Assembly (NCBI GenBank): GCA_963514005.1
Contig: OY740796.1
Location: 43,834,001-43,898,000, forward strand
Direction: 5' to 3'
From: Raja brachyura
Taxonomy: Eukaryota
DNA length: 64,000 nucleotides
In this document: positions 49,288 through 63,077 of the stretch, piece after piece
Numbering within the stretch: the first letter of the stretch is position 1
Layout: each line of letters starts with the position of its first letter
Program-made: the position numbers and the translations under genes
Notes under the pieces: model-generated
What the model saw: only the letters and a program-made list of their open reading frames with translations
Database searches by the model: none
What the model was told of the DNA's origin: nothing

Positions 49288-49854
49288 ATGTGTGTAGGAA
49301 GGAACTGCAGATGCTGGTTTGAATGGCAGGTTGACACATAAAGCTGGAGTAACTCATTGGGTCAGGCAGCATCTCTGGAGAAAAGAAATTGGTGACGTTT
49401 CAGGTCAAGACCCTTCCTCAGATTGAGAATCAGGGGAAAGGGAAACAAGAGATACGAATGGTGATATAGAGAGATATGGAACCAATGAATGAAAGATATA
49501 CACAGAGGGGGTGCAGTGAGAGGGGGAGTTGCAGAATTCTCATTGGATCTTCGGCGTAAACCAGCATCTGCAGTTCCTTCCTGCACACTTTGTCTGTTCC
49601 ACTGCAAGATCTCCTCAAGGGATGCCGACTTTGAAGAAGTTCTCCTCCTCTCTCCGTTGAGAGTTCTGCAACACCCCCTCTCGCTGCTCCCCCTCTGTGT
49701 AGATCTTCCATTCATTAGTTCTGCAAATCACCGTCTGTATCTCTCATTTCCCTCTCCCTTGAATCGCAATCTGAAGAAGAGTCTCCACCCGAAACGTCAC
49801 CTATTCCTTTTCTCCAGAGGTGCTGCCTGCCCCGCCAGCATTTTGTGTCTATCT
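49288..49854. mobile_element. Composite Penelope-derived non-coding insertion (inverted part plus head-to-tail junction)
   Basis: 14-bp TSD TCCTTTTTGACTGT at 49274-49287 and 49855-49868; cores near 49394 (minus) and 49771 (plus). Confidence 0.82.
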
Positions 49855-50654
49855 TCCTTTTTGACTGTCGCGTCCTTTTCTGAAAGTCTAGTGTTTTTTT
49901 CCTTGGGACAATTTGTAATGGTGACGGTAACTGCAGTTTTTTAAACTGTGTACAAATCCTCTCCGAGTTCCTTTATAGTTCATGTTACATTGAGCAAAGC
50001 GCAAAGTCTCAGATGAATATGCAGAACGACCCAATTTGTTATCATTTGCTACATCTTATTTTGACAGAAGAGACAAAAGTCTGAATCGTTGTTAACTGAA
50101 TCAACAAGAGCCGGGACAAATTTATTGAAACAATGAAGAGTTCGATGGAATGATGTTTACTTTTGTTTTAAGTTTTCAAATACAAACGCCGAATCATAAC
50201 TGAAGCACATTAAGCAAAGCAGATTTATTAGTTGACTGTAGTGAAGATTGTAGAAAGGAGGAACTGGTTAATAAACAAAATGATACAAAGTGCTGGAGTA
50301 ACTCAACAGGTCAGGCAGCATCTGTCGAGAACATGGATAGGTGACGTTTCGGGTCTTGATCCGCTGAGTTACTCCTGCACTTTGTGTTCCTGTTAGGCAC
50401 TTATGGAGTCATAGTCATATGAGAAAACAGGCCCTTCAGCCCAACTTGCCTACACTGGCCAACATGTCCCAGCTACACTAGTTCCACCTGCATGCGTTTG
50501 GCCCATATCCCTCTGAACCTGTCCTATCCATGTACCTGTCTAACTATTTCTTAAACATTGGGAGAAATTCTCTTGGAATTTTCCTCAGCAAGAGGATTGA
50601 AGAAGGGTCCCGACCCGAAACATTGCCCACCCTTTTTCTCCATAGATGCTTTTT

Positions 50655-50915
50655 TGTTGCGAGTCTGTGGAATTCTTTGCCTCAGAGGGCGGTGGAGGCC
50701 AGTTCTCTGAATACTTTCAAGAGAGAGCTTGATAGGGCTCTTAAAGATAGCGGAGTCAGGGGATATGGGGAGAAGGCAGGAACGGGGGACTGATTGGGGA
50801 TGATCAGCCATGATCACGTTGAATGGCGGTGCTGGCTCGAAGGGCCGAATGGCCTACTCCTGCACATATTGTCTATTGTCTATTGTCTATTGTCTATTGT
50901 CTATTGTCTATTGTC
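50655..50915 (+). mobile_element. CR1 3' end with (CTATTGT)n tail inside a Penelope fragment
   Basis: SLWNSLPQRAVEA..FKRELDRAL; near-identical to 2913-3140. Confidence 0.88.
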
Positions 50916-51354
50916 TGGCCGACTCACTTGTTATTCCAGCACTTTGTGCCTATTACCTGGAACTCTAGCTGTGCGGATTCTGGGACACCTCAAAGGGCTA
51001 AAGTGGGAACCACCGATAGGGGAGGCGAGTGGGTAGTGGGTTATGGATATGTGACATTTTTCACTCCCTCTATTAGAGGTGGCCTCTCTGCTTACAGGCG
51101 ACATTTCAGGTTGGGAATGAAGAAGGGTCCCTACCTGAAACATCACCTATCCGTGTTCTCCAGAGATGCTGCCTGACTCGCTGAGTTACTCCAGCTCTGT
51201 GCGTCTTTATTTGGTCAAACCTGATGCCTGGTTTCGTTGTGAGACTGCCATGAGATAGCTGCTGAAGACCAGTTACCCTTGCACGTATATCAGGTTTGAG
51301 CACTTTTGGAGGAGGGAAGGAAGGGAATGGTTTTACATTTGGAGGCAGCTCTTA

Positions 51355-51750
51355 TAGACTTTAGACTTTAGTTTGAAAGACCCTTGTGCCCATTGAGTCC
51401 ACGCCGACCAGCGATCACACTGTAGATAGGCACAAAATGCTGGAGTAACTCAGCATCTCTGGATAGAAGGGATGGGTGATGTTTCAGCTCGAGACCCTTC
51501 TTCAGACGACCCTATACACTAGCACTATCCTACACACTACGAACAATTTTAGAACTTACAGAAGCCAATTAACATACAAAACGGTACATCTTTGGAGTGT
51601 GGGAGGGCAACGGGAGCTACCGGAGAAAACCCACACACAGTCACGGGGAGAATGTACAAACTCCATACGGACAGCACCTGTGGTTAGGATCGAACCCAGG
51701 TCTCTGGCGCTGTAAGGCAGCAACTCTACCACTGCGCCACTGTGCCGCCA
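51355..51750 (-). mobile_element. V-SINE with nested Penelope fragment
   Basis: V domain; insert at about 51423-51508. Confidence 0.8.
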
Positions 51751-52395
51751 CTGGGTGTAGAGGCATAAAACAGGGGCTGCTGCAACTCCAACAACTCTCT
51801 GCATCCATTTCGGACAGGCAGCAGGCCTGAGGGATGAAATGAGGCCCAGTCATGAGAGCCAGCCACAGCCGCCCTTAGAGAACGGCCCAGATAGGTTCTC
51901 ATCTCCTCACCAGGGGATTACACAACCCTGAGGCCACAAAGCTTAATGTATTTGAATGTAATTCATTTCCCCTGGTGCTATATTAGTAATGGCACAAACC
52001 CAATTAAAATTAGTGGATTAGCACTCCTGTATAAATAATAGGGGAGGAATTTTCAAACAAGAATATCAAGCGTTGGTACCCTTATTGCATTATATAATTT
52101 AGGCTCTTGCCAAACTGTTTTGATGTATTTTAGAAATGATGGCACAGTGAAAAGCATCAGGACACCTACTTCACCTACTGGATCATGCGGAACACATCAT
52201 TGCCCTAGTTTGAATTATCTATCTGCTTCTTCATTGTTTTTTTTATTAGGAATGCACTTTGCAACGTAAACTTCCAAATACACTGTTGTAATGGTTATTC
52301 TTCTTATCGAGTCCACACACAAGATTAGAAGTTGTTCCAGAGCCAGAGCTGAACACACTTCTCATCATCTGCATACAATGGTTTCTGTCTCGTCG

Positions 52396-52446
52396 CTTCT
52401 TGTGCGTGGCGGTGGGAAGATTGGCGGAAACAGGGCCGCGACGTGA
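52396..52446 (-). mobile_element. Family C fragment: 3' half of an HDV-like fold directly followed by a GAA tail
   Basis: TCACGT-CGC-GGCCCT-G-TTTCCG-CCAA-TCTTCCC-ACCGCCACGCACAAGAAG. Confidence 0.55.
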
Positions 52447-52637
52447 CTGTTGTAATTGCGGAATTTAGCCTATTTGTTTAATTCAACACTTCAATTGTTT
52501 AGAAATGGCATTTATTCACAACGTGATTGTATGTTTTTTGATTTTGAGTCTGCTTAAAACAAAATAAAAAATGTTAAACTAATGCCTGAACAGAGAAACG
52601 CACGTGACCAAGCACTCGCTCTTTATTCTATCTCACC

Positions 52638-52940
52638 TTTAGTTTAGTTTAGATTGGAGATACAGCATGGAAACAGGTCCTTCGGCCCAGAGCCCATGCC
52701 GACCATTGATCCATACACTAGTTCTATCCCACACACAATATTGACAGTTTGCAGCAGCCAATTAACCTACAAACCCTGCACGTCTTTGGAAAGTGGGAGG
52801 GAATGGGAGCACCTGAAGAAAACTCACGCGGTCACATGGGAGAATGTACAAACTCCACGCAGACAGCGGCCGTGGTCAGGATCGAACCCGTGTCTCTGGC
52901 GCTGTGAGGCGGCAGCTCTACCACTGCGCCACCGTGCTAC
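52638..52940 (-). mobile_element. V-SINE
   Basis: Head, V domain, tail. Confidence 0.85.
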
Positions 52941-53624
52941 CTGTTATGCACTTGGATCATGCAGGGCCAGTTTATCCTAGTTTGTCAACACTTGGTTATT
53001 TTCATCAGTGTTTTTTTTTTTAGATGGGTTTCCTTTATTTTTGAAGAGAACATTATTCATGCAAATAATGCCAGTGAAACCTGAGATATTGCTGGCAGTG
53101 ATGAATTTGCAATAGTCAATATTACAATATATTTTCGGCATCAATGAAAATCATGTCAAGCTATTTCCCAACCACGTATAAATTCCTTTGGCTATAAATA
53201 AAATAAATCTGAATTATTCTGAAAAACATTAGCATCCACATGGGGTACATAAATGTTTAATTATTCACCATGAACATTAAACTTTTTATAGGATTTCCAT
53301 CAGAAAAAAAATAATGTAAATAATTATGCAATAAAGAAGAGAAAATGTGCGGTTTTATAGACCCACTGTGTTTTATAACAGTAGCTTTTGTTTCTCCTTA
53401 CACTTCCCACCAATTCTAATCTTGGTAGAAAGTTCAAAGTTGGAAATTGTAACTCTGGCTCTGGTGTGTATTTAAACTGGCATGAAACTGCAGGGATTCC
53501 TGGGCTCACCGTATCCGAACCCGCGTGATTCCCATTCTATCGGAGCAAAGGAGCGGAGCCCGGATTACCCAGGAGGCCATGAAAGAAGCAAAAGTCCAAA
53601 CTAAGGAAATTTTGGTCTTTTTTA

Positions 53625-53800
53625 GAATATATCTTTCAATCATGTGTTCTATATCTCTCTACATCACCACCGATCACCACTCGTTTCCCTTTCCCGAGAC
53701 TTTCAGTCTGAAGAAGGGTCTCAACCCGAAACGTCGCCCATTCCTTCTCTCCAGAGATACTGCCTGTCCCGCTGACTTTTGTGTCTATCTTTTGTGTCTA
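53625..53800 (+). mobile_element. Penelope-derived fragment of the same subfamily as 49288-49854
   Basis: Shared upstream TATATCTTTCA..TATCTCTCTA..CACC segment; core at 53708. Confidence 0.75.
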
Positions 53801-53982
53801 TCTTCTCTTTGGTCAAATACTAGATAGGCCAACAGAATCATGTTAACCCTAACCAAGATTAAACCATCCAGTTTACAAGTTGTACTAGTGTATGATCACT
53901 TGTGTTTCGCTGTTCAAACATTAGTAAAAATATTCTTGTTTTATTTTCAGCATTTTTAATTTTTATTATTTTAAGATCAGAA

Positions 53983-54278
53983 GGGTGACATGATGGCACA
54001 GCAGTCGAGTTGATGCCTTGCAGTGCCAGCCATTCGGATTTGATCCTGACTAATGCTGTCTGTACGGAGTTTACACGTTCTCCCTGTGACACCGTGGTTT
54101 TCTCCAGAAGCCCTGGTTTCCTTCACACCTAAGACGTACAGGGCTTGTAGGCTAATTGGCTTTGGTGGAATTGTAAATTGTCCCAAGTGTGTGTCGGATA
54201 GTGTTAGTGTGCTGGGATCACTGGCCGGCATGGACTCGGTGGGCCGAATGGACTGCTTGTATCGCTAAACTAAACTAA
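53983..54278 (+). mobile_element. V-SINE
   Basis: Head, V domain, tail. Confidence 0.8.
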
Positions 54279-54399
54279 TTTCAGAGATTAGTCATGGATG
54301 GCAAAGTACAAGATGAACAAAATATGACATTTCTAAATGGTGTTTATTGATGAACAGAAAATGTTTGAATCCAGAAATTATGAATGCAAAGGTTGTTTG

Positions 54400-54790
54400 A
54401 ATCTTCATGTGGAGGATGTTATAGAGGGAACAAAGGCCGTGGTTTCTGCAGCTCACTAAATATAGCATGTCATCAGAGGATTGGAAAATAGCTAATATTC
54501 TCGTTATTTTTTTATAAGGTCAGGAGCATGATCCTGCAAATTTATAGGGAGCTTATTTGATATCCATTGGAGGAATAACATTCCTGTCTGTTAGAATAAG
54601 AACCTTTCAAGTGTGTTTAATAAGAATAAAGTCTGGCGTTCAAAGCCAATGACGATGTGCAAAGAGGCATGTCACGTTTTGCAAATACATGGAATCTGTT
54701 TGGGAATGTGCCACAGATTGGATAGATGCACCGTATGCCTTTGCAATGCTACATAAGAGACATAGGATAAAATTAGAAACTAGGCTCAAA
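54400..54790 (+). mobile_element. Ancient CR1 RT N-terminal remnant
   Basis: GAGGATTGGAAAATAGCTAAT = EDWKIAN, followed by a decayed NYR-like motif. Confidence 0.5.
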
Positions 54791-55011
54791 TTAACTGCAG
54801 TGAACTGAATAATTGACTAGTCCATAGCTTAAGATAGACACAAAAAGCTGGAGAAAAGGAATTGGTGACGTTTTTGTCCAGCTCACCCCAGCCTGCCGTC
54901 TCGGGTGGTTGTAAAAACATCCCATGATACAATTTAAAAAAAAGAGCAGAGCAGTTTGTTCCAGTGTCCTGTCTTAGCTTTAGTTTAGACAGATAACGAG
55001 GAAACACTTCC

Positions 55012-55548
55012 CGGCGGCATGGTGGCGCAGCGGTAGATTTACTGCCTTACAGCGCTTATAGCATCAGAGGCCCAGGTTCGATTCTGGCTACTGATGCTGT
55101 CTGTACGGAGTTTGGACGTTCCGCCCCTGACCCGCATGGGTTTTCCCCGAGAACTTCGGTTTCCTCCCACACTCCAAAGACCTGCAGGTTTGTAGGTTAA
55201 TTGGGTTATGTAAAAATTGTCCCTAGTGTAGGATAGTGTTACTGTGCGGGGATGGCTGGTCGGCGTGGACTCGGTGGGCCGAGGGGCCTGTTTCCACGCT
55301 GTACCTCTAAACTAAACTAAACCCACTTTGTCATCCTCTTCATGCATCCAATTATCCATGGGACAATTTCAGCAGCTTAATTAGCCTACAAACCTGCATG
55401 TCTTTGGGATGTGGGAGGAACCCGGAGCACCCAGAAGAAACCCACACGGCCACAGAGCAAATGTGCAAACTCCACACTGGCAGCACCTGAGGTCGGGATT
55501 GAACTGGGATCTCAGGCACTGTGAGGCAGCCGTCTCTACCAGCCGTGT
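55012..55548. mobile_element. Two V-SINEs tail to tail (55012-55322 plus; 55355-55548 minus)
   Basis: Head and V domains. Confidence 0.85.
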
Positions 55549-56138
55549 CAGTTTCCCTCCCAACCCAGACCCTCAATCAATATCTGATCATTGTCCACAT
55601 GCTGTTGTGAGACCATGCTGTGATGCCTGGCTGTCTTATTCCCCATATTACAACTGCTCAAAAGTGCTTTCTTTTGATAATGCAATGTCCTTGGATTATG
55701 AACAAATGCAAGTTTTTATTGATTTCCTTTTGGGTATTGCAAGATGAATTATAGTGATCAAAGGCAGTATTTTACATTGACTGCTTATAAACCACTAAGT
55801 GCCACCCTCGTATATATTTGCAACACTCCTCCCAAACCACTGGTTCCCTTTCATGCTCCATCCCTCTCTCAGGTTCTACATTTCACTCCCCACTTTCTTG
55901 TTTTATCAGATTCTGGCATTTGCACCATTTGTCACCTCCACTTATCACCACCACCCTTTGTTACATCTCCACACTTCTCCCCCCCCCCCAACCCCCCCCC
56001 CCCCCCACCCCCCCCCCAGCATCTGCAGTTCCCTACTCCCCCAGTCCTAACTCCCTAGCATCTCGGTCTAGAGGCTGCCTGACCAACTGAGTGGTTCCGG
56101 CATTTTCTAGCGTGTTGTCCAGGAATAGAACAATAGCA

Positions 56139-56356
56139 ATGTTCAAGAAGGAACTGCAGATGCTGGAAAATCGAAGGTAGACAAAATTGCTGGAGAAACT
56201 CAGCGGGTGCGGCAGCATATATGGAGCGAAGGAAATAGGCAACGTTTTGGGCCAAAACCCTTCTTCAGAGCATTTCAGCCCGAAACGTTGCCTATTTCCT
56301 TCACTCCATAGATGCTGCCGCACCCGCTGAGTTTCTCCAGCACTTTTGTCTTCCTC
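56139..56356. mobile_element. Penelope-like palindromic terminal insertion
   Basis: Inverted arms; 12-bp TSD AGAACAATAGCA at 56127-56138 and 56357-56368. Confidence 0.85.
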
Positions 56357-56904
56357 AGAACAATAGCATTTTACTTCCTGCTGGTTTACAGGTACATTAA
56401 CGTGACAACAGACCAAATACATAATAATCAGTAATACAATAAATGATCAGTTATTTGGGATTATACCAGCGTTTAAGAAAAAGTTAGAGAGGTACATGGG
56501 TAGAATAAGTTTGGAAGGATCTGGACCAAGTGCAGGCAGGTGAGACTGGTGTATCTGGGACATGTTAGTTGGTGTGGCCTGCTCCACACTGGCCAAAGGG
56601 CCTGTTTCCACACTGTATCACTCTATGACACTATGATTCTATAACTTGTCAGTTTTGCCCCAACCCTTCCCTTTACATTTCTTTGCCTGATATCGTCCCT
56701 CTACTCCATCAGTCGGTCCCGACCCGAAACATTGTCTGTCCAATTCACTCCACAAATGACGTCAGACTCGCTGACTTCCTCTAGCCGTTTGCAGGACGCA
56801 ATCCAAATGAATACAAATAGAAGTAAATGATGGGCGAAAAGGTCAGCTCGGATGTGTTGGGCAGAATGACTGGTTTCAGTGCTGTACCAGCTACGACTGT
56901 ACTG

Positions 56905-57245
56905 TAGATAGACACACAATGCTGGAGTAACTCAGCCGGACAGGCAGCATGTCTGGAGAGAAGGAATCGGTGACGTCTCGGGTTGAGACCCTTCTTCAGA
57001 CTGATGTCAGGGGAGTGGGCGGTACAGAGATAAAATGTAGTCGGAGACAGTCAGACTGGTGGGAGATCTGGGAAGGGGGAGGGGGTGGAGAGAGAGAGAG
57101 AAAGCAAGGGCTAGTCGAAGTTAGAGCAGTCAATGTTCATACTGCTGGGGTGTGGGTTGCCCAAGCGAAATATGAGGTGCTGTTCCTCCAATTTGCGCTG
57201 GGCCTCACTCTGACAATGGAGGAGGCCCAGGACAGAATGGCAGTA
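56905..57245 (-). mobile_element. Penelope-like 3' fragment with GIY-YIG C-terminus
   Basis: SVLGLLHCQSEAQRKLEEQHLIFRLGNPHPSSMNID; core at about 56972-56999. Confidence 0.85.
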
Positions 57246-59099
57246 TGACTGTGTGGTGTCAGGTATCTGTATTAATATGGAGCAACAATTACATAGAAAC
57301 ATAGAAAATAGCTGCAGGAGTAGACCATTCAGCCCTTCGAGCCAGCACCGCCAGTCAATATGATCATGGCTGATCATCCAAAATCAGTACCCCATTCCTG
57401 CTTTTTCCCCATATCCCTGGATTCCATTAGCCCTCAGAGCTATATCTAACTCTCTCTTGAAAACATCATTAGGTAATGGTAATCAAAATACCACCCACTT
57501 ATATGTTATACATTTTATTCTGTCCATGCTACAATTATCAGGAAAAGGTTTCTCCATTGTAAAACTGAGGAATGTATATTTTATAGAATGTAAAAATAAC
57601 TACAAAATGAGTAGCGTGAACATGCAGTTGCAAACCAGAAGGGACGAAAATAAAGAAAAAGTAAATACAATCTGGCACAATTGAATTCAGCTATTATTTT
57701 TAATTACTTTTGAGATCTAGACAACTAATTACAATAATGTGGCTTTTAATTAAAAGTTGACAACTCTTCAAATAGATCTTTAAAGATTCATTGCCCTCTG
57801 AGGGTCGTAAAGAAGCTGAATCTACAGAATAATAACCGTCTCATCTGAGCAGAGAAGGAGCCTCTTCACTGGTATCTGAAAGAAGACACTAGCCTGGATG
57901 TTACTGTTGACAATATCAATACACGGATGTTAAATGAATTTGCATGACATTTGTTTCTCCACTATTTTAACGTGGGTCGTTATGCCATTTATTTTTAATT
58001 GGATAATGTCTCCACTAAAATGCAGACAAAGGAATGTTGCGCGAGCTCTTTAAGCATTTGTCAGCCAATATCACCAACAGCAACTTTTAATGACACACTG
58101 CATTTATCCAGATTATTGCATGGGATTATAATTCTCAGCAGGACAGCTGTTCTGTTAATTAACCATTAACAAGTAAACGCTGTGTTTAAGGTACAGCTTC
58201 CACTAGAAAGCTGCTCTCCTCCCCTCTCTGGGGTTGAATTCAGGAAGACTCGAGCTCCGATGCATATGCTCACCTCGTATTATTTTGTGTGCTCCTTTAA
58301 CAAAGTTATGAGCCTATTATAAATAAATAGTGCTTCTTAATCAACGTGGACGAGCAGGGAGATCTCCGCAGCGCATAACATTGCAATCTTCAATAAAAGG
58401 TCATTGGCTCGGAGTCAAAGGTTTCACTGGCTTCCAATTTGAGTACACACTGTGGGGTCTTCAAAGCATAGGGACATTAAGCAAAACGATGGTCTTACAA
58501 TGGAATAAAAAGTTTATCATTGCATCTGTGACCTACAAGCTAGATTTTTCAACAACTCCACATGCAGATTACCAAGAATCTCTTTGAAGAAGGAGGCTAT
58601 CACTTAAGAAGATAAGAAAAGTCGAACGTCTTAAAAGCCGACTTAGCTCTTTTAAGTTTACCCTTTCAACTCTTCAGACATGTCTATCACTGCTGTCACA
58701 TTTTTCAACGGCAGAGAATTGGAGTAAGGTTGCCTGAATTAGGACAGACACAAAATGCTGGAGTAACTCAGCAGGTCAAGCAGCATCTCTAGAGAAAAGG
58801 AATAGGTGATGTTTCGGGTTGACACCCTCTTTCACTGAAGAAGGGTCCCAACTCGAGACGTCACCTATTCCTTTTCTCCAGTGATGCTGCCTGACCTGCT
58901 GAGGTACTCCAGCATTTTGTGTAAACCAGCATCTGTAGTTCTTTCCTACACACACTGCCTGATTGCCAGAAAGGAAAGATACCCAACTTGCCCACACTGG
59001 CCAACATGTCCCATCTACACTAGTCCCAACTGCTTGTGTTTGGCCCATATCCCTCTAAACCTGTCCTTTCTATGAACATGTCTAAATGTTTGTTTAACA

Positions 59100-59975
59100 A
59101 AACCGAGCTGTGATTAATTTTAATGGGTGCTTCCTTCGGTGTATCTGTAGAAGTTGGTAAGCGTGGTTGGACACATGTTGAACTTCCTTTGTCTTCTGAG
59201 GAATGAGAGGTGTTGGTGTGCTTTCCTGGCTATAGCTTCAATGTTGTTGGACTAGGACAAACTGTTGGTGATACTTGTGTCCGGTAAGTTGAAGTCCGTG
59301 ACACTCTCCATTTCAGCACCATTGGTGTTGATATGGGGCCTGTACCTCATCTTGTTTACTGAAGTCAATAACGAGCAGCATGACATTGAGGGAGAGGTTA
59401 TTGTCTAGACATCTTATACCCCCGTTGGTCATGGTTGACCATGGGTGTCTCCAGTGTCTCCAGGGTTGGAGGACGCCTGTGCGTGATTTTGTTTAACGTG
59501 GGGAGACTGGTGCACAGACAGCCACCCCACGGTCCTTGACAGATCTGGGTCAAGATCCAGTGGCATGGGGTCCAAGATGACCAGAGACCCTTTTTCTGCT
59601 GCAGCCTTCATCCGCCTTCCCAGCCACGAGGGTCAGCCATCGTCTTCCGCTTGTTCCACCATTGAGGTCTTGATTGGATTGCTCTTTGTCAGAGACCTCC
59701 CCCTCGACCTTACCGCCATGGGTGACCCTACCAGGAGCACAGCTCCAGACGGCATCGCTATCAGGATCTCAGGTCCACACAAGCTTCTCCACCACGACAA
59801 GGTGACAATCCACAGAGAATCATGTTACTAGGGACTCTATTTCCTTCCTGTACTCCGAGCCCACTAGAGTTGTCATCTGCAGTCATGTACTGTAAAAGGA
59901 GTTAGAGCAGAATTTGACTGAACAGTCGTGAGAATATAGAGAGTGGTGCAAGGGGCTGAGAACACTTCCTTGTGG
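59100..59975 (-). mobile_element. Rex1/Babar RT fragment split by the RTE-type insert
   Basis: AHQHLSFLRRQRKFNMCPTTLTNFYR-like and NNLSLNV motifs on the minus strand. Confidence 0.7.
59417..59819 (-). mobile_element. Bipartite non-autonomous RTE-type element, second copy
   Basis: Colinear with 20167-20562, same termini. Confidence 0.72.
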
Positions 59976-60017
59976 ATTTGGTGTGTGAGACAAGAGATCA
60001 CTATTCGTCCTCAATCT

Positions 60018-62190
60018 TTAGTCTAGTTTAGAGATACAGCGCGGAAACAGGCCCTTCAGCCCACCGAATTCGCACCGACCAGCGACCCCCGCACATTAAC
60101 ACTATCCTACACACACTAGGGGCAATTCACACTTATTCCAAATCAATTAACCTACAAACCTGTAGGTGTTTGGAGTATGGGAAGAAACCAAAGATCTCGG
60201 AGAAGACCCAGACGGTCACAAGGAGAACATACAAACTCTATACTGACAGCACCCGTAGTGGGGATCGAACCCGGGCCACTGGCGATGCAAGCGCTGTGAG
60301 GCGGCAACTCTCGTGCTGCGCCACCGTGTGGCCATAGATGCATAACCCAATTATTACATGCATAAAGTAAGGTACCATTTATCCGGAATTCGTGGCATAT
60401 GATGTCCTGTGTGCAGAATGTTAATCCGGACACTTTGATTACGCTTTCCACAAGTTACAAAAGCTTTCTGAGCAGCAATGTTCTGGCAAGATCACAGTAC
60501 TGCTCCATTCTTTCAAAGTGCTTCATTGTTCACGTAAGCGTTTGATGAATAATTACATGAAAAATGATGCAAACCACACCAATACTTTAGAAGATTATTG
60601 ATAAATAACAACATAAAGATGTAGAAAGAGATGTAGAATTTTTGATTTAATTCAAAGGTCAGTGGTATTCATATTTGTAGCAAACAAACACTGAAAAATT
60701 GCTACTTCAACACATTTGATTCTGTGTAGCGATTATTTAAAGCATTATTGGTGCAAGTCATAAATATTCAACTTCAACATCTCAAGTCTACACAGTCAGT
60801 CAGCGAGAACAAGGTTACTTTAAAGAATACCTGATTTAATAATAATTTGCAAACATCGCAGATCGGCAAAAATGTAGCCTCTAAATTATTTGTGATGAAA
60901 TTTTAAAAACTTACATTGGATTGTAAACATTAGCTGTGCTCCCTGTTATATTTACAATTTATTCATGAAGGGGATCTTTTAAAGAGAACAAAATTAATTC
61001 AGAAAGTTTCTGGTGAAGATCAAGTCAGTGTTGCAAATGCTATCTTGAATTTCAAAGTTCCAAGGCCATATACTTCCCTCAACAACATTTTAGTGCAATT
61101 TCCTGAATTATTTACCGTTGGATGCGGCAAAGAGGCGCAGCGGTAGAGCTGCTGCCTCACGGCGCCAGAGACCCAGCTTCCATGCTGACTACGGGCGCTA
61201 TCTAGATTATGGAGCTCGTACGTTCTCGCTGATACCGCATGGGTTTTCTCCGGGTGCTCCAGTTTCTTTCCAAATTCAATTGGCTTCTGTAAATTATCGC
61301 TGGTGTGCAGGATAACATCGAACTAGTGTATGGGTGATCGATGGGCAGCGTGGACTCGATGGGCCAAAGGGCCTGGTTCCACACTGCATCTCTAAAGTAA
61401 AGCAAAGAATAAATGAGTGGGAATCCGTCTCGAGCAAGCTGCTGTTGCAGTAAAGTTGCGCAGAATGAGCTGCGGAGATAATTACTTCCATGTTTCCTTA
61501 TAAAATCCCGTAAACGCTGGAAAACTGAATTACAAACAGAAAAATAATTAAGCAGAATGTGCATAATCTGTAGGGAGAAGAACAGTGGTAATATTTCAGG
61601 GGCGCATGATTTAATATTTCCTGTCCTTTCTGCTCTTTCCAAGACTACTTTCTCCCTGTTCTGTGATACTGTGTTTGAATATTAGAATGTCTGCTTTCCA
61701 AGTCCTATTTCTGAATCTGGAACACAGAATTCTCACCTCGTGCGCCTGGGATGTGGGAGTATTGTTGGATGTATTTATAAAGACATCAGCCTGATCCGTG
61801 TAAATATCTTTGACCCAGTAGGTGAGCGTGGAATCAGGTTGACAATTAGCGGTCAGAGAAGGTGACGCTTAATTCTGTCACAGATTAGCTTCACTTTTCA
61901 ACAGATTCACTTGACTTTACACAAGTTGGGCGGCACGGGTTTCGATCCAGACTATGGGCGCAGTCTGTAAGGAGTTTGTACGTTTCTCCCCGTGAGCTGA
62001 GTGGGCTTTCTCCGGGCGCTCCGGTTTCCTCCCACACTCCAAAGACGTGCAGGTTTGTAGGTTCATTGGCTTTGGTGAAATTGTGAATTGTCCCTAGCGT
62101 GTGTAGAATACATTTAGTGCACGGGGCGCGCTAGTCGGTGCGGACTCGGTGGGCCGAAGGGCCTGTTGTATCTCGAAGCTAACCAAAACT
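60018..62190. mobile_element. Three separate V-SINEs (60018-60330 minus; 61122-61400 plus; 61928-62190 plus)
   Basis: Head, V domain, tail; the sequence between them is unique. Confidence 0.8.
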
Positions 62191-63077
62191 GAGGTAAACC
62201 GCACGCCTTACGATCTGGTCATTAATTTGTGGTATTGGTGTTTATCACAGGTTTGATAATCTTCATTATTAAAAGCACAATTACTTTATATTCAATGTAA
62301 TCAGTGTGTAACACTGTCTTAAAGAGAAAATCATTCTCAAACTGGAGCTTTCATGCTAATGTACATACATGCTGAACAGCTGTTATGAGGAAGATCATTG
62401 ATGGACTGGATAAGTTTCTGTTTTTTGTTGGGTTAGTCCATCATACTTGATTAAATTGAATATCAAGCTGACATACCCTTTGTTGCTTAAAAAAAGTAGA
62501 CTCGCATAATGGTTTCCTGAAATTAAATATAATATTGCAGAAACTAATTGTTGAGGATGGACAGGGGGATTTTTAGACTGCAATGATGTAACTTTGATGC
62601 TTTCCATTCAATGGTGAATCTTGGAGGGAACGTAAATTTGGATGAATCTTTTACAATCGGGTATTTTATATCTCCAAGCTCACGAATCTTAAAACTTCCA
62701 AATTCATTCAACTAAGAAAAATGCCATTCATATCTCATGAAAGTGGGAAAAACCGTTGTACATTTGCTTTGAATCTTGTCTTCCAGAGCTGTGTGCACTT
62801 GTCCAACCAATGATTTGTGTAAACAATGCTAAAAGTGTTTTATTTTAGACAGGTATATGGATAGGACAGGTTTGGAGGGATATGGACCAAACGCAGATTG
62901 GTGGCACTAATGTAGGTGGGACGTTGAGCAAGTTGAGCTGAAGAGCCTGTTTCCACGCTGTATCCCTCTATGACTCTATGACTATAATATTTTCTACCCT
63001 TTAATAAGTAATTATTACTAAATCCTTCCATTTACTTGTTGCCCTTAGTACGAGGTTTTTCGTTCTCCCAATATTAA

